A stretch of 64,000 nt of DNA from the human T2T-CHM13v2.0 reference genome, Homo sapiens, in the NCBI RefSeq assembly GCF_009914755.1, contig NC_060929.1; one strand, 5' to 3'. The notes beneath the pieces were generated by a model. It was given only the letters and a program-made list of their open reading frames with translations, searched no databases and was not told the DNA's origin. Positions 27,373 to 41,590 of this stretch are shown here, one piece after another. Numbering within the stretch: the first letter of the stretch is position 1; every line of letters starts with the position of its first letter. The translations under genes and the position numbers were made by a program.

Positions 27373-27826
27373 CAGTCTTTCAAAGTGTGCTACTTGGCTC
27401 CTTGGAGTATTTAATATGAAATTAGAAGGTAAATGGGCACAGCATTAAATAACACTGAGCCACACAGAAAGAGAAGCACCCTGTTTGCAATTTTTTCTTC
27501 TAATTAGTGTGCAGAAAAAAACAAGTCAATGTGGTGCTAATATGTACTTAAGAGCTCTCTAGCACGTGTTGATCTCTCTATTTAATAATTAGAGAGCTGG
27601 CCTTGGCAAGCAACTGCATCTAGCTAGTTGTTTTGACACATTTTATGACACATGATATTGATTTTTCCCTTACAATAGTGATAGGGAGTTTTTATCTTAA
27701 AATAAATTTATTTAAGTAAAAATAGTGATTCCATTTAAACTAAAATATTAAGTACATAAGCATCTAGACTTTAAAGACACAAGTCATGACAGCAGTATGC
27801 AAATGAAGGGAGTTTGACCAACATTG
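27373..27826. mobile_element. hAT-Charlie-type MITE, diverged
   Basis: Ends cagtctttcaaagtg and agtttgaccaacattg resemble Charlie TIRs. Confidence 0.4.
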
Positions 27827-28706
27827 ATCTACGAAAGATACTTCAAGCCTTCTTTTATTTCTGAGAGATTCTGGAGGAGTTTGGTCAAGCACTACATGCC
27901 AAGAACTCTTTGGTTGTACCTCACCTTTTTAATGATAGGAACTCTATTTACTGGGAAGGGATGTAAAACTCCCCTTGTCCAGTACTAGAAAAAACAATTT
28001 AAAAAAAATGGCAGCTTGGATAGACCATGGATTTGTGAAGACAAATGGACCACTCCTAAAATGAAAAAGAAACTTAATACTATCTTCACCACCAGACACT
28101 TAACACTTAGTGATTGTACAAATTAGTTTGCAATAGTAACATTTATAGTATGAAAATGAAAAAAGCAATGGTTTCTCCATTGACTTTTTTACATACACAG
28201 TTCTTATACAGCTTGGGCATTTGAAAACAAACTATATTTGATTAAGTGTAGTTGCAGAAAAAAATAGCTAAAATGCGAGACCTTAAACAACAACCATAGA
28301 CATATTCCCTGATCTTTAGTAAATGGTAACATAAGCATATATAAAGCATGTTGCCCTGAGAAGGCAGTGATTCTTGAATAGTCTGGAATGTATTTGGCAG
28401 GAGTTAACTTCCCTCCTCTGACTCTTGTTTGCACTTTTCTTACCAGACCAGGGTCATCTAAGAAATTAATACTCAGCAAGTTTTATGACTTTTCAGCAAC
28501 TCATAAATTTAGAGGTTGCTGCTTAAGTGGACAGTGAATGTGAATGGATTATTTTATGAAGACTTTGAGGCCTCTAATAACTTTCTGTAAAGATGATTTG
28601 ATATATTAAGAGAGCTTTCGCACAGCTGATTTATTTATTGAATATTTTTTACCATCTGCACCATAGGCATTAAAAAAATTATTTGAGTCCTAAACATAGA
28701 AGTAGC

Positions 28707-29032
<326 letters not shown>

Positions 29033-29424
29033 TTAAAAAAAAGCTGAATTGGATACACATATATAAGACTACCAAAAGGAAATATTTCTATATCTATTGG
29101 GCTTTTATGGTAAAAGACTGGTCCAAAGAAGATTTTCAATAGGTTATAAGGTAGAATTGGCCATTTTTATGTTCTTGCTCACTCCTGGCTCCTGAAATTC
29201 CTTTCTCTTCTGTGCACTTTACTTTTTTTCTGTTTTAACTTTACCCTTTACCCATTTTTTTGGTATTACAATTAGTAATGTACACATCTGTCTTTTTGTA
29301 GGTCTTGAAGCTCTGTATCATACATATCTTATTCAACTCCCAAGACAGTATCTTATCCATAACAGCCTTTCAATGAATACTTTTTGAATTGAATTTTGAG
29401 AAATGCTTAGCCTACATCAAGAAA

Positions 29425-29625
29425 TAAGCAGGCTGCCTTGAGCCTGGGAAGTTATTCCAGTTTTGTCATTTGCTACCTGAGTGTCCTTGGAAAGGTTATG
29501 CAATGTCTCTGTTTCAGTTTCTCCAGCTATAAAATGGGGTATTAATAGTACTTACATCTTAGAATGGTTATGAAGATTGAGTGAAATCATTTATGTAAAG
29601 ACTTGGCACAATGTCTACAGCCACA
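29425..29625 (+). mobile_element. MIR SINE
   Basis: tctctgtttcagtttctccagctataaaatggggtattaatagtacttac...tatgtaaagacttggcacaatg. Confidence 0.85.
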
Positions 29626-29719
29626 TATAGGAAGGGATCAAAACCTTTAGATATTTAATTTTGGTAGTAATATCCCAGTACTTTTTTCAAGGAATACACA
29701 GAAGAATTATAGATTGCCA

Positions 29720-29890
29720 TAATGAAAAGAAAACCAGAAATCCAGGACTCTAGATTTGCCTCTTGTTTCTGTCAATGTTTGTGTAAAGTTAGCTGATCAA
29801 GAAGATTTCCTGCGCTACGATTTCCTCATTTATAAATGAACTTGTTTGAACTTGATGTCTCTAGAACTTCCAGTTTAAAAGTTCTGTGAC
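29720..29890 (+). mobile_element. MIR3-like SINE
   Basis: tttcctcatttataaatgaacttgtttgaacttgatgtctctagaacttccagtttaaaagttctgtga. Confidence 0.55.
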
Positions 29891-30559
29891 TATGATGTTT
29901 TCTGTCAATGGAAGGACATTTTAAAAATACAAGTTAATGTGTTAATATTTAGGAGATTGCATAATCTGCATATGATATACTGGGTTTACAGTTCAATATT
30001 AAGGTCTTATTGAGATCACTATAATTAAATGATCTTTCAATCTGTACAAATCTCATTTAAATGAGCAAAAGTAAGATGCATACTCATTATATAGAGTTAA
30101 TTTTGTATCTACTTAAGCAAAAGTTGAAGCTGAACAGATGATTTATCAAATTAGGTTATCTGATGAGACCAGATACTAGTACAACTGAATAAGATGCCAC
30201 ACAGATGTAATGCATTAGCCGTGTTTTCAGAAAAAAGTTTAGATAATGCTTTGGTAACTTCTTTCTGTAAACTAATGTGTTATAATGCTTTTATGTGGAT
30301 GTTTGCTGAATACTTATACATTATTATTCTGAAATTCTCTCCCTGACCCAGGTTTCAAGGAAAATTGACATTTAAATCTTAGTGACTGGAAAGTGGAACT
30401 GACCCATTCCACTGGGTTGTTCCTAAAGCTTGGGATTAAAAGAGATTACCATGGATCCTTCCTGGTTGTGAATCACATCACAACACATGAATGATTCAAT
30501 CTTCTCTTTACTCCAAATACCTAGCTGGTACAACCCTTTTCTTTCCCCTCTGTTGAGTT

Positions 30560-32010
30560 TGACAGGTAACATTAGTGCTATCTCTCATTCCTTCTTTCAC
30601 TGTCCATCCTTCAAACCATTGCAATCTGATTTCTCCCTTCCCACTTCATTGAAAGTGCTTTGGCAAAGGATGATGACTTCAAAATTGTTAAGTCCAACGA
30701 GATACTTTTATCCTTTTTTTTCACTCTGCTGCTTTAGACAACATTGCTGCATTCTCCTTCTTTAAACTTTTAAACCAGTAAACATACTTCTTCCCTGTCA
30801 ATATTCTTACCTTGTTCTTTTTCTTTCTTATGGTTTGGTTCTTCTTTTTTGAGACTTCTCATTATCTTTTGCACCTTAATTTCATCTGTTCTTACACACT
30901 CAAGCAGAAAATCTTTTAGCTCTATTTTCAAAATGTACCCAGGGTCCTACCATTTTTTTACCACTCTAAACTACCATCATTCCTTCCTTAATTAATAGGG
31001 TAGCTTCCTAATTCATTTCTGTGTTTTTTTTCCCTTGCCCAATAAGTAGGTTCTGCAGATAGCCAGAGTAGGTCTTTTACAACTTAAATCATATTACTTT
31101 TCCAATCTAAACTTCTAATGGTTTCTAATCTTATTCAGAGTGAAAGCTGAAGTTCATACAATGGCCATTAAGGCTCTACTTGATTTGGTCCCTTGTTGTG
31201 TCCCTGATATCACTTCCTTCCACTCTCCTTCTTAATATTCTTCATTCATATTGGTTCCTTATTGTTCTTCAAATATATCAAGTAGACTCTTTACCTCGGG
31301 GCTTTGGAATTTGCTGTTTCTTCTGAACAAAAAACTATTTCCTAAGACATTCATATGATTCACCTTCTCACTTACTAAAATCTCTACTCAAAAAAAAATC
31401 TTAAAATTGCAGAACTTCCAGGCCACTCTCTATAAAATAACAACGTTCCCCACTTCCTCCTTATCTTATTTGATTTTTCTTCATCTTATACTATTGATGA
31501 CTGCCAAATACTTAATTTTGACTTTCCTTTTAAGCTTCTTGATAAACATTTACACTTAATTGTCCCACAGGCACCATGAATGCACATGTCCAAAACTGAA
31601 GCTCATTGTAAGTGCTGGAAATACCCAGCTGCTTGTAACCTGAACAAAACCTGTGGCTTCATGTTTCTATGCAATTACTCATATTAATTTTTCACCTGTA
31701 ACACTCTTATTCACCTCCTAATTTGTACTCATGCTACAAGATCAGATTTCATTTCTTCTTGTAGCCTTTTATTAACATAATTCCCACCCACAGAGTGGTG
31801 AGTTGTTCCTCCTCTCTGCTTCCATAACACTTTAAGCTTATCTTTAACCACTGTATGTATTGAATTATAGTGATATGTTTCCTTTAATTATCTCTCTTCT
31901 CTAATAAACTGTAATCTTAAGGATAAAGACTGTGCTGTAGATATCTTTCTATTCTTAGCGCCTCAGTATTGGCAGCATGGAAGGAACTCTAGGAATGTTT
32001 GTTAGACTGA
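30560..32010 (+). mobile_element. L2 LINE fragments, probably more than one copy
   Basis: ccattgcaatctgatttc...cattgaaagtgctttggcaaagg; tagcttcctaa...agccagagtaggtctttt; 3' end taaactgtaatcttaaggataaagactgtg. Confidence 0.7.
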
Positions 32011-32699
32011 TCAGAGTTAATGTTCCTTAAAGAATGACAGAATGTAGAGGAGCCTATTAGCCAAAGAGAAAAGAAGAGAGGAGAAATAGTAAGAAAGGAA
32101 CTTTGTGAATGACTCTGACTCATTATCAGGGCTAATCTTTATACAACTCCAAAAAATTGAGGGTTTAGATACTGGAGGTGGGATTAGGGGTGGAATAGGG
32201 TTGGCAGGGCAGTTCTGCCATTGGCTATGGATATTTTGGAAGAGAGGAAAGATAATAGAGGTAGCGAAACAGAGCTTTATTCTTTTAGCAGCTTCACAAC
32301 ACAGTACCAGTTGTCTGGCCCAGCTTTAGCTGTCCTGTTGGGTAGTGGTGGAAGGATAAATCACACAACAGTAAATTTTCAGGAGACCCAGAGGCATCTT
32401 GTTAACAGAAGGAAAGTAGAGAGAAACATTGTGTTTTAGAGAAACACCATGAATAAACACTTTAAAGAACAACCCTTGGTATATTTTCAATATACAGATA
32501 ATTGAACAATAGGTTTCATTCAGTGCATGGCTGTTTTCTTATCCTTTTCTGACTAATGGCATTTAAGATGTTGAATTGAAGTATAGAGTAGATAATTCAG
32601 TGGTTGTTTCCATGGCTAGTAATTACAGACTCAGAATAGAAATCTACTTCTGATTCCAAATATTTGCTTTTAAATTTCTTGTTTCTTTAGAAAGAAATG

Positions 32700-32870
32700 A
32701 GTTGAAAGACATGTATTAAAGTGCTGGCTTCTTTCCCTACTATCAGTCAGACAAATTTTTTTTTGGATTCAGTTTCTTGATCTTTAAAATGAGAGTAGTA
32801 ATATTTGTTCTACCTAGCTCCAAGGTTGTCATGAAGCTCCAGTGAAAGCTACAAATGGAAGAGTTACTGT
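32700..32870 (+). mobile_element. MIR SINE
   Basis: tcagtttcttgatctttaaaatgagagtagtaatatttgttctacct...aggttgtcatgaag. Confidence 0.65.
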
Positions 32871-33389
32871 TTTTAAGATAATCATAAAAACAGGAGGCCA
32901 TCTTATGGGTATATATTAAATCAGTTTCACTTAAATTCTATTATTTGATGTGTGGTGTCTTAAAATGACAAACAATATTTAATTTATGCAAGTCAATGTC
33001 ATTTTGCTATTGTTACTTCCAAAATGACTAATATACTGGATAAATTGATTATGACTGAATCAGAGCTGTCTCTGAAACAGTGTCTGCATGGCCACACTCA
33101 AAAGCCAGTTAGTTATAGAAGAGCACATGATCTCTTGTTTCTGCTCGTGGCTTATGCTTCCTGAATGAATTCCAAGAAGAAATCATGCTATATTGATTTC
33201 CTCTCTATAGTAGGTTGTGGTATAGCCAGCTTGGAAGGTATACATGATAGTACCAATTAGTAATATTTGTTAGAGGAAGCAGAATATCTTTATAATAAGT
33301 ACTTTGCAACATTTTTTTTTCAGGAAATAAATGCTGTGAAAATCCTAATTGGCAATATTAACAGAATATTTAATGTGGCCCTCCAGTAG

Positions 33390-34090
33390 ATCATTGGTAG
33401 TGAGGCAAAGTAGAGTCACTCCTGCTTCCACCATTGATTCCCAATCTCTTGTATTCTTCATATGGGAAGACCATGTGGGGTCTCTGATTTAATACATACG
33501 CTGTATTCTGAAGAATGGCATCCTTTTCTTGTAGGATATTGCCTTTAAGGTGGTGCTTCAGCTTTATCTTCAGTAGGATGTCCCAGTATTCTATGAGGCC
33601 TGATGTTTCTGGATGGCATACCTCTTTCTCTTGAAAGCTCATACGTTAGTCAGATGCTACATGTATGGAATTCCATGCTTGCAGAATGAAAAATCTATAA
33701 CTCTTCAAATAGTGGTACTGGCTAAAGCACTGTGAGAAGAACTGGCTGGCCTCTGCTCTGTAAAGTAATGAAAACTTTATCTGGTATATATATTTATCCC
33801 TATGAGGATTAACTATTGGTGCTTCCAGTATGAAGAGACCCATTATGGCCAGCTGGCCAAGAGTGTCCGGTTGGTTTCCTCAAAGACTAGTGTCATATCA
33901 TGAAATCAACATTTGCTTTTGTTGCTGGCGGATTGGATATTCAAAATCAGTGACCACTCCCTTCATGTGTACATAATGCTATTTCTGGGATGATCAATGA
34001 TGAATGCTAGTTAACATAAACTGACTGAGTTATTTTCTCTATTTACTTGTTTAGTCCCTCTTCTATGGTGGGTGCTTTCAGTGAGTGTTA
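33390..34090 (-). mobile_element. ERVL-class internal region, decayed integrase
   Basis: HPETSGLIEYWDILLKIKLKHHLKGNILQEKDAILQNTAYVLNQRP matches the ERVL integrase core (HPEAAGLIERWNGLLK...AVYALNQRP); frameshifts and stops upstream. Confidence 0.85.
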
Positions 34091-34097
34091 TTAATTT

Positions 34098-34621
34098 TAG
34101 TAGTTCCCCCTTATCCACAAAGGATAAGTTCTAGGGCCCCAGTTGATACCTCAAACTGTGGATAGTACTAAACCCTATATATACCATGTATTTTTCATAT
34201 ATATATACACCTCTGATAAAGTTTAACTTCCAAGTTAGGTATGGGAAGAGTTTAGCAACACTAATAATAAAATAGAAGAATTATAACAATATGCCAGCAT
34301 GTCTTCCCTTGTGCTTTGGGGCCATTATTAAATAAAACAAGGGTTACTTAAATACAAGCACTGTGGTACCGTGCAATCCGATAACCTAGAAAGCTGCAAA
34401 GTGACTATTGGGGAGGTGGCATAGAAAATACAGACCTGCTGCACAAAGGGATGATTCACCTCCTGGGTGAGACTAAGCAGGACAGTGAGGGATTTAATCA
34501 TGCAATTTAAACTTGTGAATTGTTGAGTTCTAGATTTTTCTATTTAAGATTCTCAAACTGCTGTTGACCATGAGTAACTGAAACCATGGAAAGTGAAACT
34601 ATGGATAAGGGGGGAGTACTG
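34098..34621. mobile_element. MER44/Tigger7-like TcMar-Tigger element
   Basis: TIRs tagtagttcccccttatcc / ggataaggggggagtactg; internal tgtggatagtactaaaccctatatatac. Confidence 0.88.
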
Positions 34622-34629
34622 TTGCCAAG

Positions 34630-34785
34630 AAAGATTGCCAAATCCTCTCCTTAAAAAAACAAACAACTGTAAAGCTGGATGAACTTACAAAAACAACCCT
34701 TTCCACTCTGAACATTGAGCAACAGAATGCAACAATCTGAGAAACATTTGTGCTTGAAAAATTGATGAAATATGGGTAAGAGGTC
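34630..34785 (+). mobile_element. Old L1M 5'-end fragment
   Basis: aactgtaaagctggatgaacttacaaaaacaacc...tgcaacaatctgagaaacattt. Confidence 0.5.
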
Positions 34786-34959
34786 TCAAGGTCTATTCAC
34801 ATTATGACAAAGGGTGACAGAGTTAATATAGCTCTGGGGCAAAACTATAAATGAATATCATTGTTTGTCCCGCATGAATGCCATACTGCCTCTGATTTTC
34901 TTACATGTTTAGTATAGGAAAACAATGCATTTATGAACTCAATAACTGTATACTAGATA

Positions 34960-35285
34960 TTTGAGGACCCCTAACTTTTGTTGCCACCCTCATATCTTAT
35001 CCTTTTGCATGGCACCATTACAGCTTGGTAACTACCAGCCAGCTTTGCTATTCTTGTGGGCGTTGGCACCTCTCATCACTTCCTCCCCACCCATCTTTCA
35101 AATGTCTGAAGTGTTGCGTTGGAAAGGGCTTTGTTCTCTGCTGGGACATTTTCTCAGATAATCAGCAGCAAAATCTTCAACAATTTAGCCTCCATCTTGT
35201 GCAAGGGGCTATCCATGTGCCGTATTCTACTCAGGATAGGGCCTTCCTTGCCAGCAGGGAGGTGAGTGAGTCATTCTGCAAACTA
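34960..35285 (-). mobile_element. ERVL internal fragment
   Basis: Lies between the integrase relic and an LTR16-like LTR; similarity weak. Confidence 0.4.
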
Positions 35286-35577
35286 TTTTTTTTTTTTTTT
35301 TACAGGGAGTCTCACTCTATCACCAGGCTGGAGTGTGAAGTGGCCTCATCTTGGCTCACAGCAACCTCTGCCTCCCAGGTTCAAGTGATTCTCCCGCCTC
35401 AGCCTCCCGAATACCTGGGACTACAGGCACGCCACCACGGCCGGCTAATTTTTGTATTTTTATTAGAGACAGGTTTCATTATGTTGGCCAGGATGGTCTC
35501 AATCTCTTGACCTCCTGATCTGCCCGCCTTGGCCTCCCAAAGTGCTGGGATTACAGGCGTGAGCCACCGTGCCCAGC
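35286..35577 (-). mobile_element. Alu (AluS, Sc-like)
   Basis: poly-T, ggccaggatggtctcaatctcttgacctc, ctcccaaagtgctgggattacaggcgtgagccacc. Confidence 0.96.
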
Positions 35578-35611
35578 AACTCTTTCTCTCAGATCACTAT
35601 TGGTACCACCT

Positions 35612-36070
35612 ATGTCAGTTCAGATCCTCCGAGAAGCAGACATCAAGACAGTATTATATGTGCAAGAGATTTATTGGGTAAGACGCCCATTAAAGATATA
35701 GGGGAGGTGGAGGAGGGAGAAAAAGTATGAGAGGTAGGGAGAAACCTTAGACCATAATGCAGCCATGACACCTGTAAAAAATAGAAAGAAGTAAGGAGGA
35801 TGAGAGAGGAAAAGAGGTAGACTAAAGTTCGGAGAGTGTTCTGTCTTGGCTGATAGGGAGTCTTAGAGCAAAGATTGCCTATTAGAAGAGTCCTCTGTGA
35901 GAGAGAAATGGCCAGAACCTAGTACCTTCTCATTGGTTAGGGGCAGTTGTTGACTGAGATCAGCCTGAGGGAAGCATGGCCTTGGCCTGCTGTGGAAGCC
36001 GTCAGCCAATTATGCTCCTTAAGCAGGTTCTCTAGAAGTAAAATCTGTGGCCACTTCCATGGCCATCAGA
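35612..36070 (-). mobile_element. ERVL LTR (LTR16-like)
   Basis: cagttcagatcctccgagaagcagacatcaagac...gtgcaagagatttattggg...cagcctgagggaagcatggccttg. Confidence 0.7.
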
Positions 36071-37089
36071 CTTATCTCAGGGGGCTAGGAAGAGAAAGGG
36101 GTAAAGAAGAAATCTATACATTGTTGAATTGTTTTACTTGATATTAAAATAGTGTATTCCTTTTGTGACACAAAAATTAATCATGACAATTTAAAAGGAT
36201 TAAAAACAGAAGTAAGTGTCAATAGATGGGTATGCTTTGTCTCCTTCTAGGTTTAGAGAAAATATAGTTTAAAAAGGAATAAATCCACAATAGCTCTGGA
36301 ATACAAGAGGTGAGACAAGAAGAAGAACAGAAAATTTGAGGAATTTCTGATATTCTCATATTCATAGGAAACTATACATCAAAAGTCACTTGAGATAGCC
36401 AAAAATGGTTTTGGGGAGGGCTCCACATTCCTAGTATGTAGATGTGAAGCAGCAGGGTCTCTGGGGTCCCCATAGGTCAATGGTATTTGATGCTGAGTGC
36501 AGAGTCAAGAGCTCATTTTTTGGCTGCAGCACTTTCTCTCTATACAGGGTGGCACCAGCCATCCAGGCACTACTGCGCACTTTCAGCCCATGTTCCCATT
36601 CATCCCATGTCCTTGATCCTGCTCCAGAAGCAAATTCCTTCATCCACTGCTGAACACAGATTTTGTAGCGGGTGTGGCATGGGCAGAAATTACATTGCCT
36701 GGATGAGAGAATATGGCCACATCCAAAAGATGGGTCTTGGACACTACACTCAGCAGCAAGCAGTCCTTGCTTCCACCTCACGCCCCCAATCACTGGAGAT
36801 AGTTATGTTTTTTTTTAAAAAAAGCACCACAGACATCTGAATAATGAGATGTTTAAAAGCAAAACTAGATCAGCAGGCAAAAAAATACTTCCAAACATTT
36901 AGTGATAACCAAATCCATGAAAATTAGTGGATAACACCAGAACAAACAAATTAAAGAAAAATAGGATTTTAAGGAAGTATAAATAATATTCTTAAAGGGA
37001 TAAAATATCCTTAAAGGGATAAAATTGATGTGACAAACAATAAAAGACTATTAAAAATAACAAGAATTCATAAAAATAAACTCCACAGG

Positions 37090-37408
37090 GGCCGGGCATG
37101 GTGGCTCACACCTGTAATCCCAACATTTTGGGAGGCCGAGGCGGGAGGATTGCTTGAGCCCAGGTGTTCAAGACCAGCCTGGGCAATATGGTGAAACTTT
37201 GTCTCTACTAAAAATACAAAAGTTAACCAGGCATGGTGGACCATGCATGTTATCCCAGCTACTTGGGAAGCTGAAGCAGGAGAATCACATGAGCCCTGGA
37301 ATTCAAGGCTGCAGTGAGCCGTGATCACACCACTGTACCCCAGTAGTGGAAGGAAGAGTGACAGCAGCAGAGGAAGAGTGAGACCATATCTCAAAAAAAA
37401 GAAAAGAA
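37090..37408 (+). mobile_element. Alu (AluJ-like)
   Basis: ggaggattgcttgagcccagg and caaggctgcagtgagccgtgatc; rearranged 3' end. Confidence 0.93.
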
Positions 37409-37599
37409 ATCATAGATGAATATTTTTAATCAGTAATTAAGAAGACTGAACAAAAAATTTAACCTAGAATTCAGCATAAAAAGATAAAAAGAATAATTTA
37501 TGTAGCTTCAAAAATAGCTGTATCTGTCAACAAAGATTTCCACAAGGAGAGAACATTGTATGACGGTACAATGTTCTTATACTCTCAATAAGAAAATGT

Positions 37600-38120
37600 T
37601 CAATTTTCTTATACTCTCACATATTGGTTATTCATTAAAATATATTTTGCAAATCCAATAGGTTAAAAATTGTAAATGGTGTTTAATTTGCATTTATATG
37701 ACAACTAGTGAGGTTCAGCATCATTTTTATATATGGATATATGTGTGTATAATATGTGTATATATACACATACATATTTTTGTGTGTGTGCATTACCTAT
37801 TCATGACCTTGACTATTTTTTTATTAAATTATTGTTTTTTTTTGTTCTGATGTATTGTATTGACATATACCTTCTTTGTATGTAAAGGCTAATAGTCTCC
37901 TGCCAGTCATATAAACTATAAATATATTATCTTAGTTTGTAATTTTAAAAACTAGCTATGAATGTTTGTCTTTCATAAGACTTTAAAAAAATTTATTCAA
38001 ATACGTTGATGTTTTCCTTTGTGTTTTCTGGGCCTTTTGACTTTCTTAAGTATTCACTTTCATCTAACTCCCCAGTCTAAGCTACTTTTTATTTAACTCC
38101 TTTATAGCTATCTTTTTCTA
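37600..38120 (-). mobile_element. Old L1ME-type fragment
   Basis: gtgtttaatttgcatttatatgacaactagtgaggttcagcatc...ttttccttt resembles the reverse of the L1 ORF2 3' end. Confidence 0.6.
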
Positions 38121-38129
38121 TTTTAGATC

Positions 38130-38216
38130 TTAAATTTAATTTAATTTTAAATTAAATTTAATTAAATTTAATTTAATTTTAAATTAAATTTAATTAAATT
38201 TAAATTAAATTTAAAT
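38130..38216. repeat. 87-nt pure A/T tandem palindromic repeat
   Basis: Two identical 32-mers (38130-38161, 38162-38193) plus a partial third. Confidence 0.92.
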
Positions 38217-38273
38217 GTATGTTTAATTACCATATGAATTAAATATTGAATTTTTTTCTCATACAAGGAGGGG

Positions 38274-38297
38274 TGTGTGTGTGTGTGCGTGTGCGTG
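38274..38297 (+). repeat. (GT)n microsatellite
   Basis: tgtgtgtgtgtgtgcgtgtgcgtg. Confidence 0.85.
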
Positions 38298-38514
38298 AAT
38301 ATAAAAATGCACATTCTCTTTTTGGTTTTATTGATCACTTTACTAATTTCTCTCCTAGTATCATGTTTTAGTTACCAAAGTTTTATATTTATAACTTATT
38401 GAGAACATGATCCCATATTGTCCTCTTCCAAATTGATTTCTGCTATTACATGTTTATGTTCTCTAGAAAACCTTTTGAACGTATATGTCAGGTTTCTATA
38501 TGACTTACGCCTTT

Positions 38515-41040
<2,526 letters not shown>

Positions 41041-41064
41041 CATTTTTGTCCTTTTGTTTTCAAA

Positions 41065-41590
41065 AATTTTTGAAGTACAATTTACATTAAGTAAAGTTCA
41101 TCTTACTGTTACTTCAAGAAATGCATAAAGGCTTGTAATCACCACCAAAATTAAGATATGGAGCAAATACAACAACTCTCAAAATTTCTGTGTGTCTTTG
41201 TAGTTGAGAATTTCCTCCACCCAATCCCTGGCAATCTTTTGTCTCTACAGTTTTGCATTTACAAGAATGTCAAATAAATAGCATCATACAGTGTGCAGAT
41301 TTTTGAGTCCCTTTTCTTTTACTTGGTGGCATGCATTTAAGAGACAGCCATATTGTTGCATTTATTATGGTTTATTATTTTATCGCCAAATAATATTCTA
41401 CTATGTAGATATACCGCAGTTTGCTTCTTCATTCCACAGAAGAGGGATATTGGGTTGTTTCCAGTTTGCAGAAATTATGAGTAAGCCTGCTATTATAATT
41501 CATGTAAATGGTTTTGTGTAAATTAAATTTTTATTTCACTTAAGGAAATATGTAGGAGTTGAATTGCTGGTTGATAAAGTATATGTTGAG
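41065..41590 (-). mobile_element. L1M 3' end (L1MD/MB-like)
   Basis: tgaagtacaatttaca...gtaatcaccaccaaaattaagatat...ttgggttgtttccagttt...gtaggagttgaattgctgg. Confidence 0.8.

Noticed and set aside
33391-33642. Integrase-like ORF as a domesticated gene
   Set aside because: Only an 83-aa fragment with adjacent frameshifts and stops; consistent with neutral decay.
36431-36840. Three overlapping ORFs (120, 69 and 117 aa)
   Set aside because: No recognisable domain or convincing splice signals; locally higher GC lowers stop frequency.
36985-37024. 19-bp tandem microduplication aatat(t/c)cttaaagggataa
   Set aside because: Ordinary slippage in A-rich, probably L1-derived sequence.
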